From an uncultured Erysipelotrichaceae bacterium (GTDB lineage: Bacteria; Bacillota_I; Bacilli_A; RF39; UBA660), in assembly GCA_902775285.1 (NCBI GenBank), contig CACYLI010000002.1, positions 168,916 through 232,915 of the forward strand: a DNA stretch of 64,000 nucleotides. The letters are read 5' to 3'. Positions 44,046 to 54,480 of the stretch are shown here, one piece after another. Below the pieces are notes generated by a model. It was given only the letters and a program-made list of their open reading frames with translations. It was not told the DNA's origin and ran no database searches. Each line of letters starts with the position of its first letter. Within the stretch, counting starts at the first letter, position 1. The position numbers were made by a program, and so were the translations under genes.

Positions 44046-44591
44046 CTATGCAGCTTTCTTTCCTTCTTTACGACGGATATGTTCTTCTTTAAACTTAATA
44101 CCTTTTCCTTTGTAAGGTTCTGGTTTACGAACTTTTCTAATATTAGCAGCAAATTCACTAACTGCTTGTTTATCATATCCACTGATAACTAGTTCATTTT
44201 GAGATTTATCAGGCATTTCAACTTTAATACCTTCTGGAATTATAACTTCAACAGGATGAGAATATCCCGCAGAAATAATTATCTTATTTCCTTGTACTTG
44301 GAATCTATAACCAACACCATTGATTTCTAATTCTCTTTTAAATCCTTCACTTACACCAATCATCATATTGTTAATAACTGAATTAGTTGTTCCATGTAAT
44401 TGTTTTGATTGTTTTAAATCATTTTTACGAGTTACATGAACTTCAGTTCCTTTAACTTCAACAGAAACATTTTCATCTTTAAAATTAAATTCTAATGTTC
44501 CTTTTGGTCCTTTAGTTGTTACTTTATTTCCGTTAACATTTACTTCTACTCCAGCAGGAATAGTTAATACTCTATTTCCGATTCTACTCAT
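44046..44591 (-). CDS. rplF: 50S ribosomal protein L6
   Basis: MSRIGN..L.IP.GV.V ... GVGYR ... PEPYKGKGI. Confidence 0.97.
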   Translation of the reverse strand: MSRIGNRVLTIPAGVEVNVNGNKVTTKGPKGTLEFNFKDENVSVEVKGTEVHVTRKNDLKQSKQLHGTTNSVINNMMIGVSEGFKRELEINGVGYRFQVQGNKIIISAGYSHPVEVIIPEGIKVEMPDKSQNELVISGYDKQAVSEFAANIRKVRKPEPYKGKGIKFKEEHIRRKEGKKAA

Positions 44592-44598
44592 AACACAC

Positions 44599-44994
44599 CT
44601 ACCATATATAAGCTAAAACTTCTCCACCAAGTTTTTTGCTTCTAGCTTCTTTATCAGTCATTAGACCTTCTGAAGTTGATATAATTGCAATTCCTAGTCC
44701 ATTAAGAACTCTTGGCATTTCATCAGCTTTAGCATACACACGTAATCCAGGTTTACTAATTCTTTTTAATCCTGAAATTACTCTTTCTTTAGATTTTGAA
44801 TATTTTAAATTTATAACTAACATTTCTCCAACAGCTAATTTGTTAGTATCATATCCAGCTATAAATCCTTCTTTAGTTAAAATATCTGCTATACCTTTAG
44901 TCATTTTAGTACCAGGTATTTCAACAGTTTTATACTTCATAGCATTAGCATTACGAATTCTTGTAAGCATATCTGCTATAGTGTCATTAACCAT
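44599..44994 (-). CDS. rpsH: 30S ribosomal protein S8
   Basis: [13 protein letters not shown] ... ISKPGLRVY ... GIAIISTS.G. Confidence 0.97.
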   Translation of the reverse strand: MVNDTIADMLTRIRNANAMKYKTVEIPGTKMTKGIADILTKEGFIAGYDTNKLAVGEMLVINLKYSKSKERVISGLKRISKPGLRVYAKADEMPRVLNGLGIAIISTSEGLMTDKEARSKKLGGEVLAYIW

Positions 44995-45053
44995 AATAGG
45001 CCTCCCTTCTTATTAACGCTTATAAGTTAATTATTGGTTTTTATTTTTAAATT

Positions 45054-45239
45054 TTACCAGCTTGATTTTTTAACGCCTGGTATTTGTCCTTTGTAAGCTA
45101 GTTCTCTAAAGCAAATACGACATAAACCAAATTTGCTTAATACTCCATGTGGACGTCCACATCTAGTACATCTAGTGTAATTTCTAGTAGAGAATTTACT
45201 TCCTCTTGCTTGTGATATTAATTTACTTTTCTTTGCCAT
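45054..45239 (-). CDS. rpsN: 30S ribosomal protein S14, zinc-binding type Z (61 aa)
   Basis: CTRCGRPHG...CRICFRE, a Cys4 short form. Confidence 0.95.
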   Translation of the reverse strand: MAKKSKLISQARGSKFSTRNYTRCTRCGRPHGVLSKFGLCRICFRELAYKGQIPGVKKSSW

Positions 45240-45253
45240 AAATATTTCCTTTC

Positions 45254-45793
45254 CTACTTTCTAAAAGGTAACCCAAACTCAGTTAATAAAGCTAATGCTT
45301 CTTCATTAGTTTTAGCTGTAGTAACCATAACTATATCTAAACCTCTAACTTTAATAACTTGATCATATTCTACTTCAGGAAATACTAATTGTTCTTTAAT
45401 ACCAAGAGTATAATTTCCTCTTCCATCAAAACTATTTTTAGAAATACCTCTAAAATCTCTAACTCTAGGAAGAGCAATTGTAATAAGTTTATTTAAGAAG
45501 TTATACATATTATCTCCTCTTAAAGTAACCTTACATCCAATTTTATTACCTTCTCTTAATTTAAATCCTGCTATTGATTTTTTAGCTCTTGTAACAACTG
45601 GTTTTTGTCCACTTAAACATTCTAAATCTTTTAAAGCAGCATCTAAATATTTTTGATCATTAATAGCATCTCCTACTCCCATATTTAGAACTATTTTTTC
45701 TAATTTAGGAACTTGCATTTTAGATGTGTAGTTAAACTTTTTAGTTAAATTTGGAACTATTTCTTCTTCATATAATTTTTTTAATGTTTCCAT
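45254..45793 (-). CDS. rplE: 50S ribosomal protein L5
   Basis: [11 protein letters not shown] ... [16 protein letters not shown]. Confidence 0.97.
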   Translation of the reverse strand: METLKKLYEEEIVPNLTKKFNYTSKMQVPKLEKIVLNMGVGDAINDQKYLDAALKDLECLSGQKPVVTRAKKSIAGFKLREGNKIGCKVTLRGDNMYNFLNKLITIALPRVRDFRGISKNSFDGRGNYTLGIKEQLVFPEVEYDQVIKVRGLDIVMVTTAKTNEEALALLTEFGLPFRK

Positions 45794-45801
45794 GAGTTCA
45801 C

Positions 45802-46113
45802 CTACTTACTTTCTTTTTCTTCTTTTTTCTTAGAAGTTTTTTTAACTTTTGTTTCCTTTTTATCTTCTTTTTTTACTTCTTTTTTAGTTTCTTTTTTAGA
45901 AGCAACTACTACATTAGAAATATGAACTGGTGCTTCTACTTCAAGAATTCCACCTGTTTCATTTGTTCTATTAGGTTTTAAATGTTTTTTAACAATATTA
46001 ACTCCATCAATAACAACTTTGTTTTCTTTTCTTAAAACTTTTAAAACTTTTCCTTCTTTTCCTTTATTGCTTCCAGTAATAACACGTACATTATCTCCAA
46101 CTTTTATCTTCAT
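45802..46113 (-). CDS. rplX: 50S ribosomal protein L24 with a Lys/Glu-rich C-terminal tail
   Basis: KOW motif ([18 protein letters not shown]), EAPVHISNV, then [31 protein letters not shown]. Confidence 0.93.
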   Translation of the reverse strand: MKIKVGDNVRVITGSNKGKEGKVLKVLRKENKVVIDGVNIVKKHLKPNRTNETGGILEVEAPVHISNVVVASKKETKKEVKKEDKKETKVKKTSKKKEEKESK

Positions 46114-46122
46114 GTTATCCTC

Positions 46123-46491
46123 CTATAATACCTCTGGAGCTAGTGAAACAATCTTCATAAAGTTCTTATCACGAAGCTCTCTAGCTACAGGTCCTAGAAC
46201 ACGAGTTCCAACTGGACTATTATCATCTTTTATAAGTACACAAGCATTGTCATCAAATTTAATATGACTTCCATCTGCTCTTGATACTCCTTGAACTGTT
46301 CTTACAATAACAGCTTTAACTACTTTTCCTTTTGGAGTATTTGAATTTGGAATAGCTTTTTTAACTGTACCAACAACAATATCTCCTATATTTCCGCTTT
46401 TAACTTTGCTTCCACCAAGTACTCTGATTACTAAGATTTCACGAGCGCCTGAATTGTCAGCTACCTTTAAACGGCTTTCTGGTTGTATCAT
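46123..46491 (-). CDS. rplN: 50S ribosomal protein L14
   Basis: [17 protein letters not shown] ... [12 protein letters not shown]. Confidence 0.97.
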   Translation of the reverse strand: MIQPESRLKVADNSGAREILVIRVLGGSKVKSGNIGDIVVGTVKKAIPNSNTPKGKVVKAVIVRTVQGVSRADGSHIKFDDNACVLIKDDNSPVGTRVLGPVARELRDKNFMKIVSLAPEVL

Positions 46492-46509
46492 AACTCTCTC
46501 CTTTCTTAA

Positions 46510-46767
46510 TTAAAGAATAACAGCTTCCTCAACAATGCTATCTAATACATATCTTTTTGTTTTAGATAGAGGACGAGAAGATACAACTTTTACTATATCT
46601 CCTACTTTAGCTTTATTCTCTTCATCATGTACTGCATATTTTTTAGTAGTTTTTACGTTCTTTTTGTAAAGTGGATGCTTTTTATAAGTAACAACTTCAA
46701 TTGTAATAGTTTTATTACAAGCTGTACTAACAACTTTTCCAACTAATTCTTGTTTTGCCTTTTCCAT
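46510..46767 (-). CDS. rpsQ: 30S ribosomal protein S17
   Basis: GKVVS....KTI.V.V......HPLYKK......KY.VHDE. Confidence 0.95.
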   Translation of the reverse strand: MEKAKQELVGKVVSTACNKTITIEVVTYKKHPLYKKNVKTTKKYAVHDEENKAKVGDIVKVVSSRPLSKTKRYVLDSIVEEAVIL

Positions 46768-46976
46768 TATTTAGCCTCCTTAACTTCACTTAATTCTCTT
46801 TCTCTGATAACTGTTTTGATTCTAGCTACTTCATGTCTTAATTCTTTAATTCTATGTGGTTTTTCTAGATTTCCAGTTGCAGATGAGAATTTTAAATTAA
46901 ATAATTCTTTTTTATTTTCTTCTAGTTTCTTATTTAAATCTTCAGTGGTTAACTTTCTAATATCTGCCATTTTCAT
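46767..46976 (-). CDS. rpmC: 50S ribosomal protein L29
   Basis: 69 aa, ...LRKLTTEDL...L.....ELFNL.F. It sits between rplP and rpsQ. Confidence 0.93.
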   Translation of the reverse strand: MKMADIRKLTTEDLNKKLEENKKELFNLKFSSATGNLEKPHRIKELRHEVARIKTVIRERELSEVKEAK

Positions 46977-47398
46977 TATTTAGCCACTTCCTTTGCTACA
47001 AATTTTGTTTTGATTGGTAGTTTATGTCCAGCTAAACGGAATGCTTCTCTAGCTATTTCTTCAGTAACATCAGTCATTTCAAACATGATTTTACCTTCTT
47101 TAACTACAGCTGCCCATTCTTCAACATTACCTTTTCCACTACCCATACGAACTTCAGCAGGTTTTTTAGTTCTTGCTAAGTGAGGGAATATATTAATAAA
47201 TACTTTTCCTCTTTTAAAACTTTTCATATAACGAGTCATAGCTATTCTTGCTGCTTCAATTTGTCTAGCTGTAATATATGCCCCTTCTTTAGCCATAAGA
47301 CCATATTCTCCTTGAGTAAGTACTGTATTACCTTTTGCTTTTCCTTCATAACTTACTCTATGAGGTTTTCTATATTTAGTTCTTTTTGGAATCAACAT
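46976..47398 (-). CDS. rplP: 50S ribosomal protein L16
   Basis: [12 protein letters not shown].. with a GGGAGG ribosome-binding site. The listed start at 47440 is a spurious 5' extension into rpsC. Confidence 0.95.
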   Translation of the reverse strand: MLIPKRTKYRKPHRVSYEGKAKGNTVLTQGEYGLMAKEGAYITARQIEAARIAMTRYMKSFKRGKVFINIFPHLARTKKPAEVRMGSGKGNVEEWAAVVKEGKIMFEMTDVTEEIAREAFRLAGHKLPIKTKFVAKEVAK

Positions 47399-48053
47399 CT
47401 TTATTACCTCCCTTTGTATTCTTAGCAGGAAGTATTTCACCTTTATAAATCCATACCTTTACTCCAATCTTTCCATAGATTGTATCAGCTTCTTTATGAG
47501 CATAATCTATATCAGCTCTAAGTGTATGTAGAGGTACAGTACCTTCAGTATATCCTTCTGTTCTAGCCATTTCAGCACCAGCTAAACGTCCAGAAACAGC
47601 AACTTTAATACCTACAGCTCCTGCTTTCATTGTATTTCTAATAGCTCTCTTTTGAACTGCTCTAAATGAAGCTCTATTTTGAATTTGAGTTGCAATTGAT
47701 TCAGCTACTAACGCAGCATTTAAATCAGGATTTTTAACTTCAACAATTGATAAATAGATTTCTTCATTAGTTAATTTTTGAAGAGCTTTTTTATGTTTTT
47801 CAATATCAGCTCCACCTTTACCAATAACGATACCAGGTTTTGAAGTATTGATTGTAACATTTGTTCTTTTATTATTTCTTTCAATTACGATAGAAGCAAC
47901 TGAACATCCTTTTAATGCTTTATCTAAATATTTTCTAATTTTTAAATCATTATTTAAATATTTAGCAAAATCCTTAGTTGGTGCATACCATTTACTTTCC
48001 CAGTCTCTGTTAATACCAACTCTAAGTCCGATTGGACTTACCTTTTGTCCCAT
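47376..48053 (-). CDS. rpsC: 30S ribosomal protein S3
   Basis: [21 protein letters not shown] ... KH domain ... [11 protein letters not shown]. Confidence 0.97.
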   Translation of the reverse strand: MGQKVSPIGLRVGINRDWESKWYAPTKDFAKYLNNDLKIRKYLDKALKGCSVASIVIERNNKRTNVTINTSKPGIVIGKGGADIEKHKKALQKLTNEEIYLSIVEVKNPDLNAALVAESIATQIQNRASFRAVQKRAIRNTMKAGAVGIKVAVSGRLAGAEMARTEGYTEGTVPLHTLRADIDYAHKEADTIYGKIGVKVWIYKGEILPAKNTKGGNKDVDSKKN

Positions 48054-48055
48054 GT

Positions 48056-48406
48056 TTAGTCCTCCTTCTTTTCCATATTATCTGTAACACATACATAAAT
48101 ATGGCTTGTTCTATGATAATTCTTTGCAACTCTAGAGTGAGATGCTGCTTTTCTTCTCTTTAAAGTTCTTCCTTCATTTATATAAGTTTCTTTAATAACT
48201 AAATCTTCTTTATTAGCACCAAAGTTATTAATAGCATTTGATACAGCAGAATTTAAAACTTTAATGATTAATCTACTTGCTTTAGTATTTGTAGTAAGTA
48301 GTATTGCTTCAGCTTGAGATACTTTTTTACCTCTGATAAGATCTAGAGTCATTCTTGCTTTTCTTGGTGCTATTGTTGCACTTTTGTGTATACTATATGT
48401 TTCCAT
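48056..48406 (-). CDS. rplV: 50S ribosomal protein L22
   Basis: [16 protein letters not shown] ... I.E....EG.TLKR....A. Confidence 0.95.
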   Translation of the reverse strand: METYSIHKSATIAPRKARMTLDLIRGKKVSQAEAILLTTNTKASRLIIKVLNSAVSNAINNFGANKEDLVIKETYINEGRTLKRRKAASHSRVAKNYHRTSHIYVCVTDNMEKKED

Positions 48407-48417
48407 AAATTAACCTC

Positions 48418-48687
48418 CTATTTCTTACCGCTTCCAGCATGGCCATTAAACTTACGAGTTAATGCAAACTCTCCAAGTTTATGTCCTACCATATCTTCAG
48501 TTACATATACAGGAATGAATTCACGTCCATTATGAACAGCGAATGTATGTCCTACGAATTCTGGAAATATTGTAGAACGTCTTGACCAAGTTTTTATAAC
48601 TTCTTTTTTACCTTTTTCATTCAAATCTTTAACTCTTTTTAAAAGTCTAGGAAATGTATAAGGTCCTTTTTTTAAACTTCTTGACAT
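48418..48687 (-). CDS. rpsS: 30S ribosomal protein S19
   Basis: MSRSLKKGP... [22 protein letters not shown] ... [10 protein letters not shown]. Confidence 0.97.
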   Translation of the reverse strand: MSRSLKKGPYTFPRLLKRVKDLNEKGKKEVIKTWSRRSTIFPEFVGHTFAVHNGREFIPVYVTEDMVGHKLGEFALTRKFNGHAGSGKK

Positions 48688-48706
48688 TTTACGGTTCCTT
48701 TCTTAA

Positions 48707-49537
48707 TTATTTCTTACGTCTTGTCATGATTAATTTCTCAGATGCTTTTTTAGTTTTTCTAGTCTTAAGTCCTAGAGCTGGTTTACCCCAAGGAGTCATT
48801 GGGCCACTACGTCCAACTGGAGCTCTACCTTCACCACCACCATGTGGGTGATCATTAGGGTTCATAACAGATCCACGAACTGTAGGTCTAATTCCCATAT
48901 GTCTTTTTCTTCCTGCTTTTCCTAAATTAACTAGTTCATAATCAGTATTTCCAACTTCACCAACAGTTGCACGGCAAGTTCCAAGAACTTTTCTTGTTTC
49001 GCCACTCTTTAATCTGATGATTACATATTTTCCTTCTTTACCAAGAATTTGAACACTGCTTCCAGCACTTCTTGCAAGTTTAGCACCTGCTCCTGGATTT
49101 AATTCAACATTATGAACTGTAGTACCTACAGGAATGTTTTCAAGTGGTAATGCATTTCCAACTTTAATATCAGCATTTGCACCACTTTCAATTTGATCTC
49201 CAACTTTTAATCCAAGTGGAGCAATTATATATCTTTTTTCTCCATCTGCATAATTTACTAATGCGATGTTAGCACTTCTGTTTGGATCATATTCAATTGA
49301 AGCTACTTTTCCTAAAATACCATCTTTATTTCTTTTGAAATCAATTAAACGATATTTTCTTCTAACTCCACCACCAATATGACGAACAGTTATTTTACCT
49401 TGATTATTTCTTCCGCCTGTTTTACTTTTTTTAACAAGAAGACTTTTTGTAGGAGTACTTGTAGTAATTTCATCATTAATTAAAGTACTCATTCCTCTTG
49501 TTCCAGGAGTATTAGGCTTAAAATTCTTAATTGGCAT
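48707..49537 (-). CDS. rplB: 50S ribosomal protein L2
   Basis: [15 protein letters not shown] ... [18 protein letters not shown]. Confidence 0.98.
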   Translation of the reverse strand: MPIKNFKPNTPGTRGMSTLINDEITTSTPTKSLLVKKSKTGGRNNQGKITVRHIGGGVRRKYRLIDFKRNKDGILGKVASIEYDPNRSANIALVNYADGEKRYIIAPLGLKVGDQIESGANADIKVGNALPLENIPVGTTVHNVELNPGAGAKLARSAGSSVQILGKEGKYVIIRLKSGETRKVLGTCRATVGEVGNTDYELVNLGKAGRKRHMGIRPTVRGSVMNPNDHPHGGGEGRAPVGRSGPMTPWGKPALGLKTRKTKKASEKLIMTRRKK

Positions 49538-49547
49538 ATTTTCCCTC

Positions 49548-49811
49548 CTAGTATTCTATAGTAGAACCTTCTGCAAGTTTAACATATGCTTTTTTATATG
49601 CAGTAGTTAATCCTGTATATCTTCCTACTCTTCTTTTCTTTTGAACTACGTTTGTTGTATTTACACTAACAACTTTAACACCAAATTGATGTTCAACTTC
49701 ACTCTTAATTTGAGTTTTATTAGCTTTTTTATTTACTTTAAATACATAAACATTATTTTCTTTTAAACTTTCACTTTTTTCAGTAATAACTGGTGCTAAG
49801 ATTATATTCAT
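49548..49811 (-). CDS. rplW: 50S ribosomal protein L23
   Basis: 87 aa, ...PVITEKS......N.YVF.V...ANK..IK..VE. It sits between rplD and rplB. Confidence 0.93.
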   Translation of the reverse strand: MNIILAPVITEKSESLKENNVYVFKVNKKANKTQIKSEVEHQFGVKVVSVNTTNVVQKKRRVGRYTGLTTAYKKAYVKLAEGSTIEY

Positions 49812-50434
49812 TAGTTAAGCACCTCCTCAATTTTCTTAACTGAAGATTCATCAATAACTAAATAGTTTACAGCTACTAAATCTAAAACATTTATTTCATC
49901 TGCACCAAGTACAGCAACTTTATTATTATTTCTAGAAGCTAAGAATAGATTTTCATCATCTTCTGAATAAACTACTAATGCTTTTCCATCTACCTTTAAA
50001 TTCTTTAATACTTCATTAAAGTTTTTAGTTTTATTTGAATCTAATTTAAGATTTTCAACTACAACTAATTCTTTATCTTGGAATTTAGATGATAAAGCGC
50101 TCTTTAATGCTAATCTTCTTTCTTTTCTATTTTGTTTTTTATCATAATCTCTTGGTTTTGGTCCAAAAACAATTCCACCACCTGGCCATTGTGGGCTTCT
50201 AGTAGATCCTTGTCTTGCATTACCAGTACCTTTTTGTTTGTATGGTTTTCTTCCACCACCAGACACTTCACTTCTAGTTTTAGTACTAGCAGTTCCTTGT
50301 CTTAATGATGCTTGTGCTAATACAATAGCATCATGCATAACTGGATTATTAACTTCAATATTCCATACGCTATCTTTTAAATTTAAATCTTTAACTTTTT
50401 CACCTTTAAGATTTAATACTTGAGTTTTTGCCAT
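49811..50434 (-). CDS. rplD: 50S ribosomal protein L4
   Basis: SGGGRKPYKQKGTGNARQGS.RSPQW.GGG..FGP. Confidence 0.97.
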   Translation of the reverse strand: MAKTQVLNLKGEKVKDLNLKDSVWNIEVNNPVMHDAIVLAQASLRQGTASTKTRSEVSGGGRKPYKQKGTGNARQGSTRSPQWPGGGIVFGPKPRDYDKKQNRKERRLALKSALSSKFQDKELVVVENLKLDSNKTKNFNEVLKNLKVDGKALVVYSEDDENLFLASRNNNKVAVLGADEINVLDLVAVNYLVIDESSVKKIEEVLN

Positions 50435-51216
50435 TATTCAGAAACCTCCTTACTTTCAGTAGTTTCAGTTTCCCCTTTAGTTTCAGATTCTTCTACAACA
50501 GCATTATTTTCAACGACTTCATTTACTGGAGTTTCCTCTGTTACTTCTGGTTCTTCCTCATATGAAATTAATTCAACAGGTCCTGTGTATTTACTTCCTT
50601 TAATAGCTTCTTTAATAAATACAAATGAATTTTTAGGTCCTGGAACATTTCCACTTACTAAAATACATTTATTTTCCATATCAACATCAACTATCATTAA
50701 ATTTTGAATAGTGATTTGTTCGTTACCCATATGTCCTGGTAACTTTTTACCCTTTAAAACTCTCATTGGTCTCATTGTACCAAGTGATCCAACACGTCTA
50801 TGATATGTTGAACCATGAGTTTCAGGTCCACGAGATTGATTCCATCTCTTAATTACACCTTGGAAACCTTTTCCTTTAGATATACCAGTTACATCTACAG
50901 TGTCTCCACTCTTAAATACATCAGCTTCGATTACTTGTCCAAGAGTGTAAGAAGAAGTATCAACTCCTCTTATTTCTTTTAAGAAGCGCTTAGGTGATGT
51001 ATTTGCTTTTTTTGCATGTCCTTTTTCAGGATTGTTAGATGACTTTTCTTTTTTATCAAAAGCACCTAATTGAATAGCTTCATACCCATCTTTATCAGTT
51101 GTTTTAATTTGAGTAACAACGTTACTTTGAACTTCAATAACTGTTACAGGTATTAATTTTCCGTCAGTTGTGAATACTTCAGTCATTCCAACTTTACGTC
51201 CTAAGATTCCTTTCAT
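50434..51216 (-). CDS. rplC: 50S ribosomal protein L3 with an acidic C-terminal extension of about 50 aa
   Basis: [14 protein letters not shown] ... GKGFQG.IKRWN ... then the [43 protein letters not shown] tail. Confidence 0.95.
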   Translation of the reverse strand: MKGILGRKVGMTEVFTTDGKLIPVTVIEVQSNVVTQIKTTDKDGYEAIQLGAFDKKEKSSNNPEKGHAKKANTSPKRFLKEIRGVDTSSYTLGQVIEADVFKSGDTVDVTGISKGKGFQGVIKRWNQSRGPETHGSTYHRRVGSLGTMRPMRVLKGKKLPGHMGNEQITIQNLMIVDVDMENKCILVSGNVPGPKNSFVFIKEAIKGSKYTGPVELISYEEEPEVTEETPVNEVVENNAVVEESETKGETETTESKEVSE

Positions 51217-51238
51217 TTTAAATTTCCTTTCCTAATAA

Positions 51239-51547
51239 TTATTTTTTGATTTGGATATCTACCCCACTAGGTAAATCCATATGAGCAAGTGCATCAATAG
51301 TTTCCTTGCTAGGTGAATCAATATCAATTAGTCTCTTATGAGTTCTAATTTCAAATTGTTCACGAGAATCTTTATACTTATGTACTGCTCTTAAAATAGT
51401 GATTTTTTCAATCTCTGTTGGTAGTGGAACAGGTCCACTTACAACTCCACCAGTTCTTTTAACAGTCTCAACAATTTTTGAGCAAGCTTGATCAACACTT
51501 CTATGATCAAATGATTTAAGTCTGATTCTTACCTTGTCTTTAGACAT
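51239..51547 (-). CDS. rpsJ: 30S ribosomal protein S10
   Basis: [14 protein letters not shown]....VET..RTG....GP.PLPT. First gene of the S10 operon. Confidence 0.97.
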   Translation of the reverse strand: MSKDKVRIRLKSFDHRSVDQACSKIVETVKRTGGVVSGPVPLPTEIEKITILRAVHKYKDSREQFEIRTHKRLIDIDSPSKETIDALAHMDLPSGVDIQIKK

Positions 51548-51559
51548 ATTAAATTCCTC

Positions 51560-51698
51560 CTTCGCCTATAATTTTTTATAGACTTGCTCAGCACAAATTA
51601 CCTGATTATTAATTAAGTTAAATTCAACTTAACCTGGTGTATCAGCAACCTTGCACATCATCGCCAGTCGTTTACAATTAATTATATGGCAAATAAAA
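51560..51698 (-). promoter_or_regulatory. S10-operon leader with a locally GC-rich, potentially structured segment
   Basis: The segment CGACUGGCGAUGAUGUGCAAGGUUGCUGAUACACCAGGU on the minus strand stands out in an otherwise A/T intergenic region. Its ends CUGG and CCAG are complementary. I did not compute a fold. Confidence 0.3.
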
Positions 51699-51730
51699 AG
51701 AAAAATCAAGCATTTTTTCTTGATTTTTCT
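51699..51730 (-). terminator. Intrinsic terminator after the 891-aa gene
   Basis: Stem agaaaaatcaag pairs with cttgatttttct. A T-run follows on the minus strand. Confidence 0.75.
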
Positions 51731-51737
51731 TAAAAAT

Positions 51738-54413
51738 TTACTGTTGTTCTTTTTCATCACTATTAGTAGTTTCTTCTTCACTACTATCTTCATTAGTTAT
51801 TTTTGTTTCACTTTCTTTTTCTGTAGTTTTATTCTCTTCTTGAATAGTTGAAGATTTATTATCTTTTTCAGTAGATGTTTTTGTTTCTTCTTTTTCAGTT
51901 ACTTTTTCTTCTACTTTTGTTTCTTTCTTTTCTTCTGTCTTCGTAACCTCTTTTGTTTCTTCATCTGCTAAAGTATTAATTCTATTTTTAAGTAAGTGAT
52001 CAATTAAGAATGTCATATGAGATTTAAAATTATCAATAAATTTTGGCTTTATATCAGCCATTTGTACTCTTTCTTTTTCACTTTTTTCTGAATAATAATC
52101 ATCTAAATCATCTTGAGTGATAGCATTTTCTACTTCTTTTTCCAAATTATAATTAGTTTTTTCTATATCTTCCTCATTTCCTCTTTTATTATCATAATAA
52201 GATAAGTCACATTTTAGTTTTGCATATGGATGTTTATCCTTCACATCTTTTTCTTTATATGAATCATCTTTATAAAAATCTAATTGTAAATTATTACCAA
52301 CTCTATTACCTTTTTCATCAACTAATCTTTCATATTCAAAGTCAACAGCTAAATAAGTCTTATCACTATCTATATATCCAACACCATCAACAATACCGAC
52401 ATTTTTATCATATGTTGCATCTAAATTAAATAATATATCTCCATTATTATTTTTGTCTCTATTATTAGTTATATCTAAATGAATTTGATAATATCCATTC
52501 AAATAACTAATATTAATACAATACTTATTATTTAACATGAACTCAAATGAAATTAGTTCAGTATTTGCTAAGTTCATATATAAAGTTATTTTTAATTCAT
52601 CAGAAAATATTTCTCTCTCTTCTAGATATGGCATCAAATAATTTTTAACATCTGCTTCACTTACATTAAATAAAGTTGCTAATGTTTTATTCATATTAAT
52701 TTTATTGTTATTTAATATGTTTTTATCTTCCTTATTATTTTTGTAGTCTGACATAATGTCTTTATATACATCTCTCATCATGTCTTTATCTACTTCAACT
52801 TCAGCAACCAAAGCAAGAGCAGTTGTTCCACCTACAGTTTTAAGTTTGATAGATCTTGTTAGATATTGTTCACCAGTTGCACTTACAATTTTATCTTTTG
52901 TAAGATTCATGAAATCTAAAAAAGCATTTACTTTATCATAATCTATTGTATAGTTTTCAATATTTTCCTTAATAGCATCAGCAAATGGTTTTAAATACTT
53001 TCTTTCAAGTGAATTTTCATTATCTCCACCAATATCATCTGTAGATACTTCTCTAAAAATCTGTTCAAGTAAATTAAGTTGCATTGGTGTATCCAAATTC
53101 AATCTTCTAGGATTGCCATCTTTATCTATATAATCATCTAAATCATTATAATTAATATAGTTAATTGGTCCAATATATGTTTTTTTATTAACATTATAGA
53201 AATTAAAATCTAGCATTTGTGTATATGTATTATCTTTATTAATATTTTCTTCTCTACCATTTTCTTTAATTACATTTATTGGTTTTCTATTATCTTCTAT
53301 ATCTTTTTTTATACCTTCATTAATATAAGTTTTACCATCTTCACTAAGTATATACTTTCCATTTGAACCATATTTAATCTTTTTAAAGCTTTCAATTAAT
53401 TTGTTTGACTGTAATTGAATTCTAACATTTTTGTTTTGGCTATTAGTATCAAAACTAATAATTCCTCTTAAATAATCGTCATCAATATAATCAATAGGTA
53501 ACTGCCAACCTTTACTTATTTCCTCTTTAAATACTTCATTTTCAGTATCTAATGCAAAACCTAAATCTAAATACATTTTAGTTTGTGATTTCTCTATTGA
53601 AGTAAATACATTAGTAATACTTTCAAATGTAGAATCAATAGCTTTTTTAAAAACTCTTGTAGGAGTCATAATTACAAAATAGTAAACAAACACTGCTACT
53701 AAAATAACAATAAATACAGCTGTGATAACAATTGGTGCTTTATTAGAACCAACATTTTCATTTTCTTCATCGTCATCTGAATAATCTTTTGTTTTATCTT
53801 TTTTTGTTTTTTCCATTTTTGGAGTTGTATCTATTTTAACATTATCACTTAAATTTACTTGAACATTTGCACTCGTTTGAACTCCTGGTGCGCTTGGCAA
53901 TACTGGCATTGCGGGTTCTGTATTAGCTGTTTGAGCAGGCTCTGTAGGTGTTACAACTGGTGTAGAAGCTATTAAATTACTCACATTAGGTAAACTAGGA
54001 TTTTGAGCAACTTGACTCTGCACTTGTGGAGTTACATTTGGTGTTTGAGCTTGTGCTGGTACTGCCGGTGTAGGATTTTGAACAGGTGCTGCTGATACAG
54101 GTGTAGGTGGTACTCCTAAATTCACTGATTCAACTACTGGAGTAGGGTTCACAGTAGGCTGTGATGGCGTAGTATTTGCAACTGGAGTTTGGCTTGTTGG
54201 TGTTACTACTTGATTAGTATTTGTTGCAACAGAAAAACTCGCAGGCATTGTCCCTTGCGCTACATTATTTATATTTCCTAATGGATTTTCTAAAACTGGT
54301 GTGACTGTTTGTGGTGTACTCACAGTATTAGTTGCTGGTGTAGTATTCAATGGTTGCGTATTTGTACTAACACTTGGAGTACTATTTACCCCTACACTAT
54401 TAGTATCATTCAT
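51738..54413 (-). CDS. Bitopic 891-aa membrane protein: disordered Pro/Thr/Gln/Val-rich N-terminus, one TM, a large extracytoplasmic domain and a Glu/Lys/Thr-rich tail
   Basis: No signal peptide. About 230 aa of low-complexity sequence, then APIVITAVFIVILVAVFVYYFVIM, then about 560 aa of non-repetitive sequence. No motif I recognise. Confidence 0.8.
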   Translation of the reverse strand: MNDTNSVGVNSTPSVSTNTQPLNTTPATNTVSTPQTVTPVLENPLGNINNVAQGTMPASFSVATNTNQVVTPTSQTPVANTTPSQPTVNPTPVVESVNLGVPPTPVSAAPVQNPTPAVPAQAQTPNVTPQVQSQVAQNPSLPNVSNLIASTPVVTPTEPAQTANTEPAMPVLPSAPGVQTSANVQVNLSDNVKIDTTPKMEKTKKDKTKDYSDDDEENENVGSNKAPIVITAVFIVILVAVFVYYFVIMTPTRVFKKAIDSTFESITNVFTSIEKSQTKMYLDLGFALDTENEVFKEEISKGWQLPIDYIDDDYLRGIISFDTNSQNKNVRIQLQSNKLIESFKKIKYGSNGKYILSEDGKTYINEGIKKDIEDNRKPINVIKENGREENINKDNTYTQMLDFNFYNVNKKTYIGPINYINYNDLDDYIDKDGNPRRLNLDTPMQLNLLEQIFREVSTDDIGGDNENSLERKYLKPFADAIKENIENYTIDYDKVNAFLDFMNLTKDKIVSATGEQYLTRSIKLKTVGGTTALALVAEVEVDKDMMRDVYKDIMSDYKNNKEDKNILNNNKINMNKTLATLFNVSEADVKNYLMPYLEEREIFSDELKITLYMNLANTELISFEFMLNNKYCINISYLNGYYQIHLDITNNRDKNNNGDILFNLDATYDKNVGIVDGVGYIDSDKTYLAVDFEYERLVDEKGNRVGNNLQLDFYKDDSYKEKDVKDKHPYAKLKCDLSYYDNKRGNEEDIEKTNYNLEKEVENAITQDDLDDYYSEKSEKERVQMADIKPKFIDNFKSHMTFLIDHLLKNRINTLADEETKEVTKTEEKKETKVEEKVTEKEETKTSTEKDNKSSTIQEENKTTEKESETKITNEDSSEEETTNSDEKEQQ

Positions 54414-54480
54414 TCTTTTTTCCCTACTTTCTATTATATATATTAGTGTACCACAATTTTTTTTCTATGTAAATCAAATT

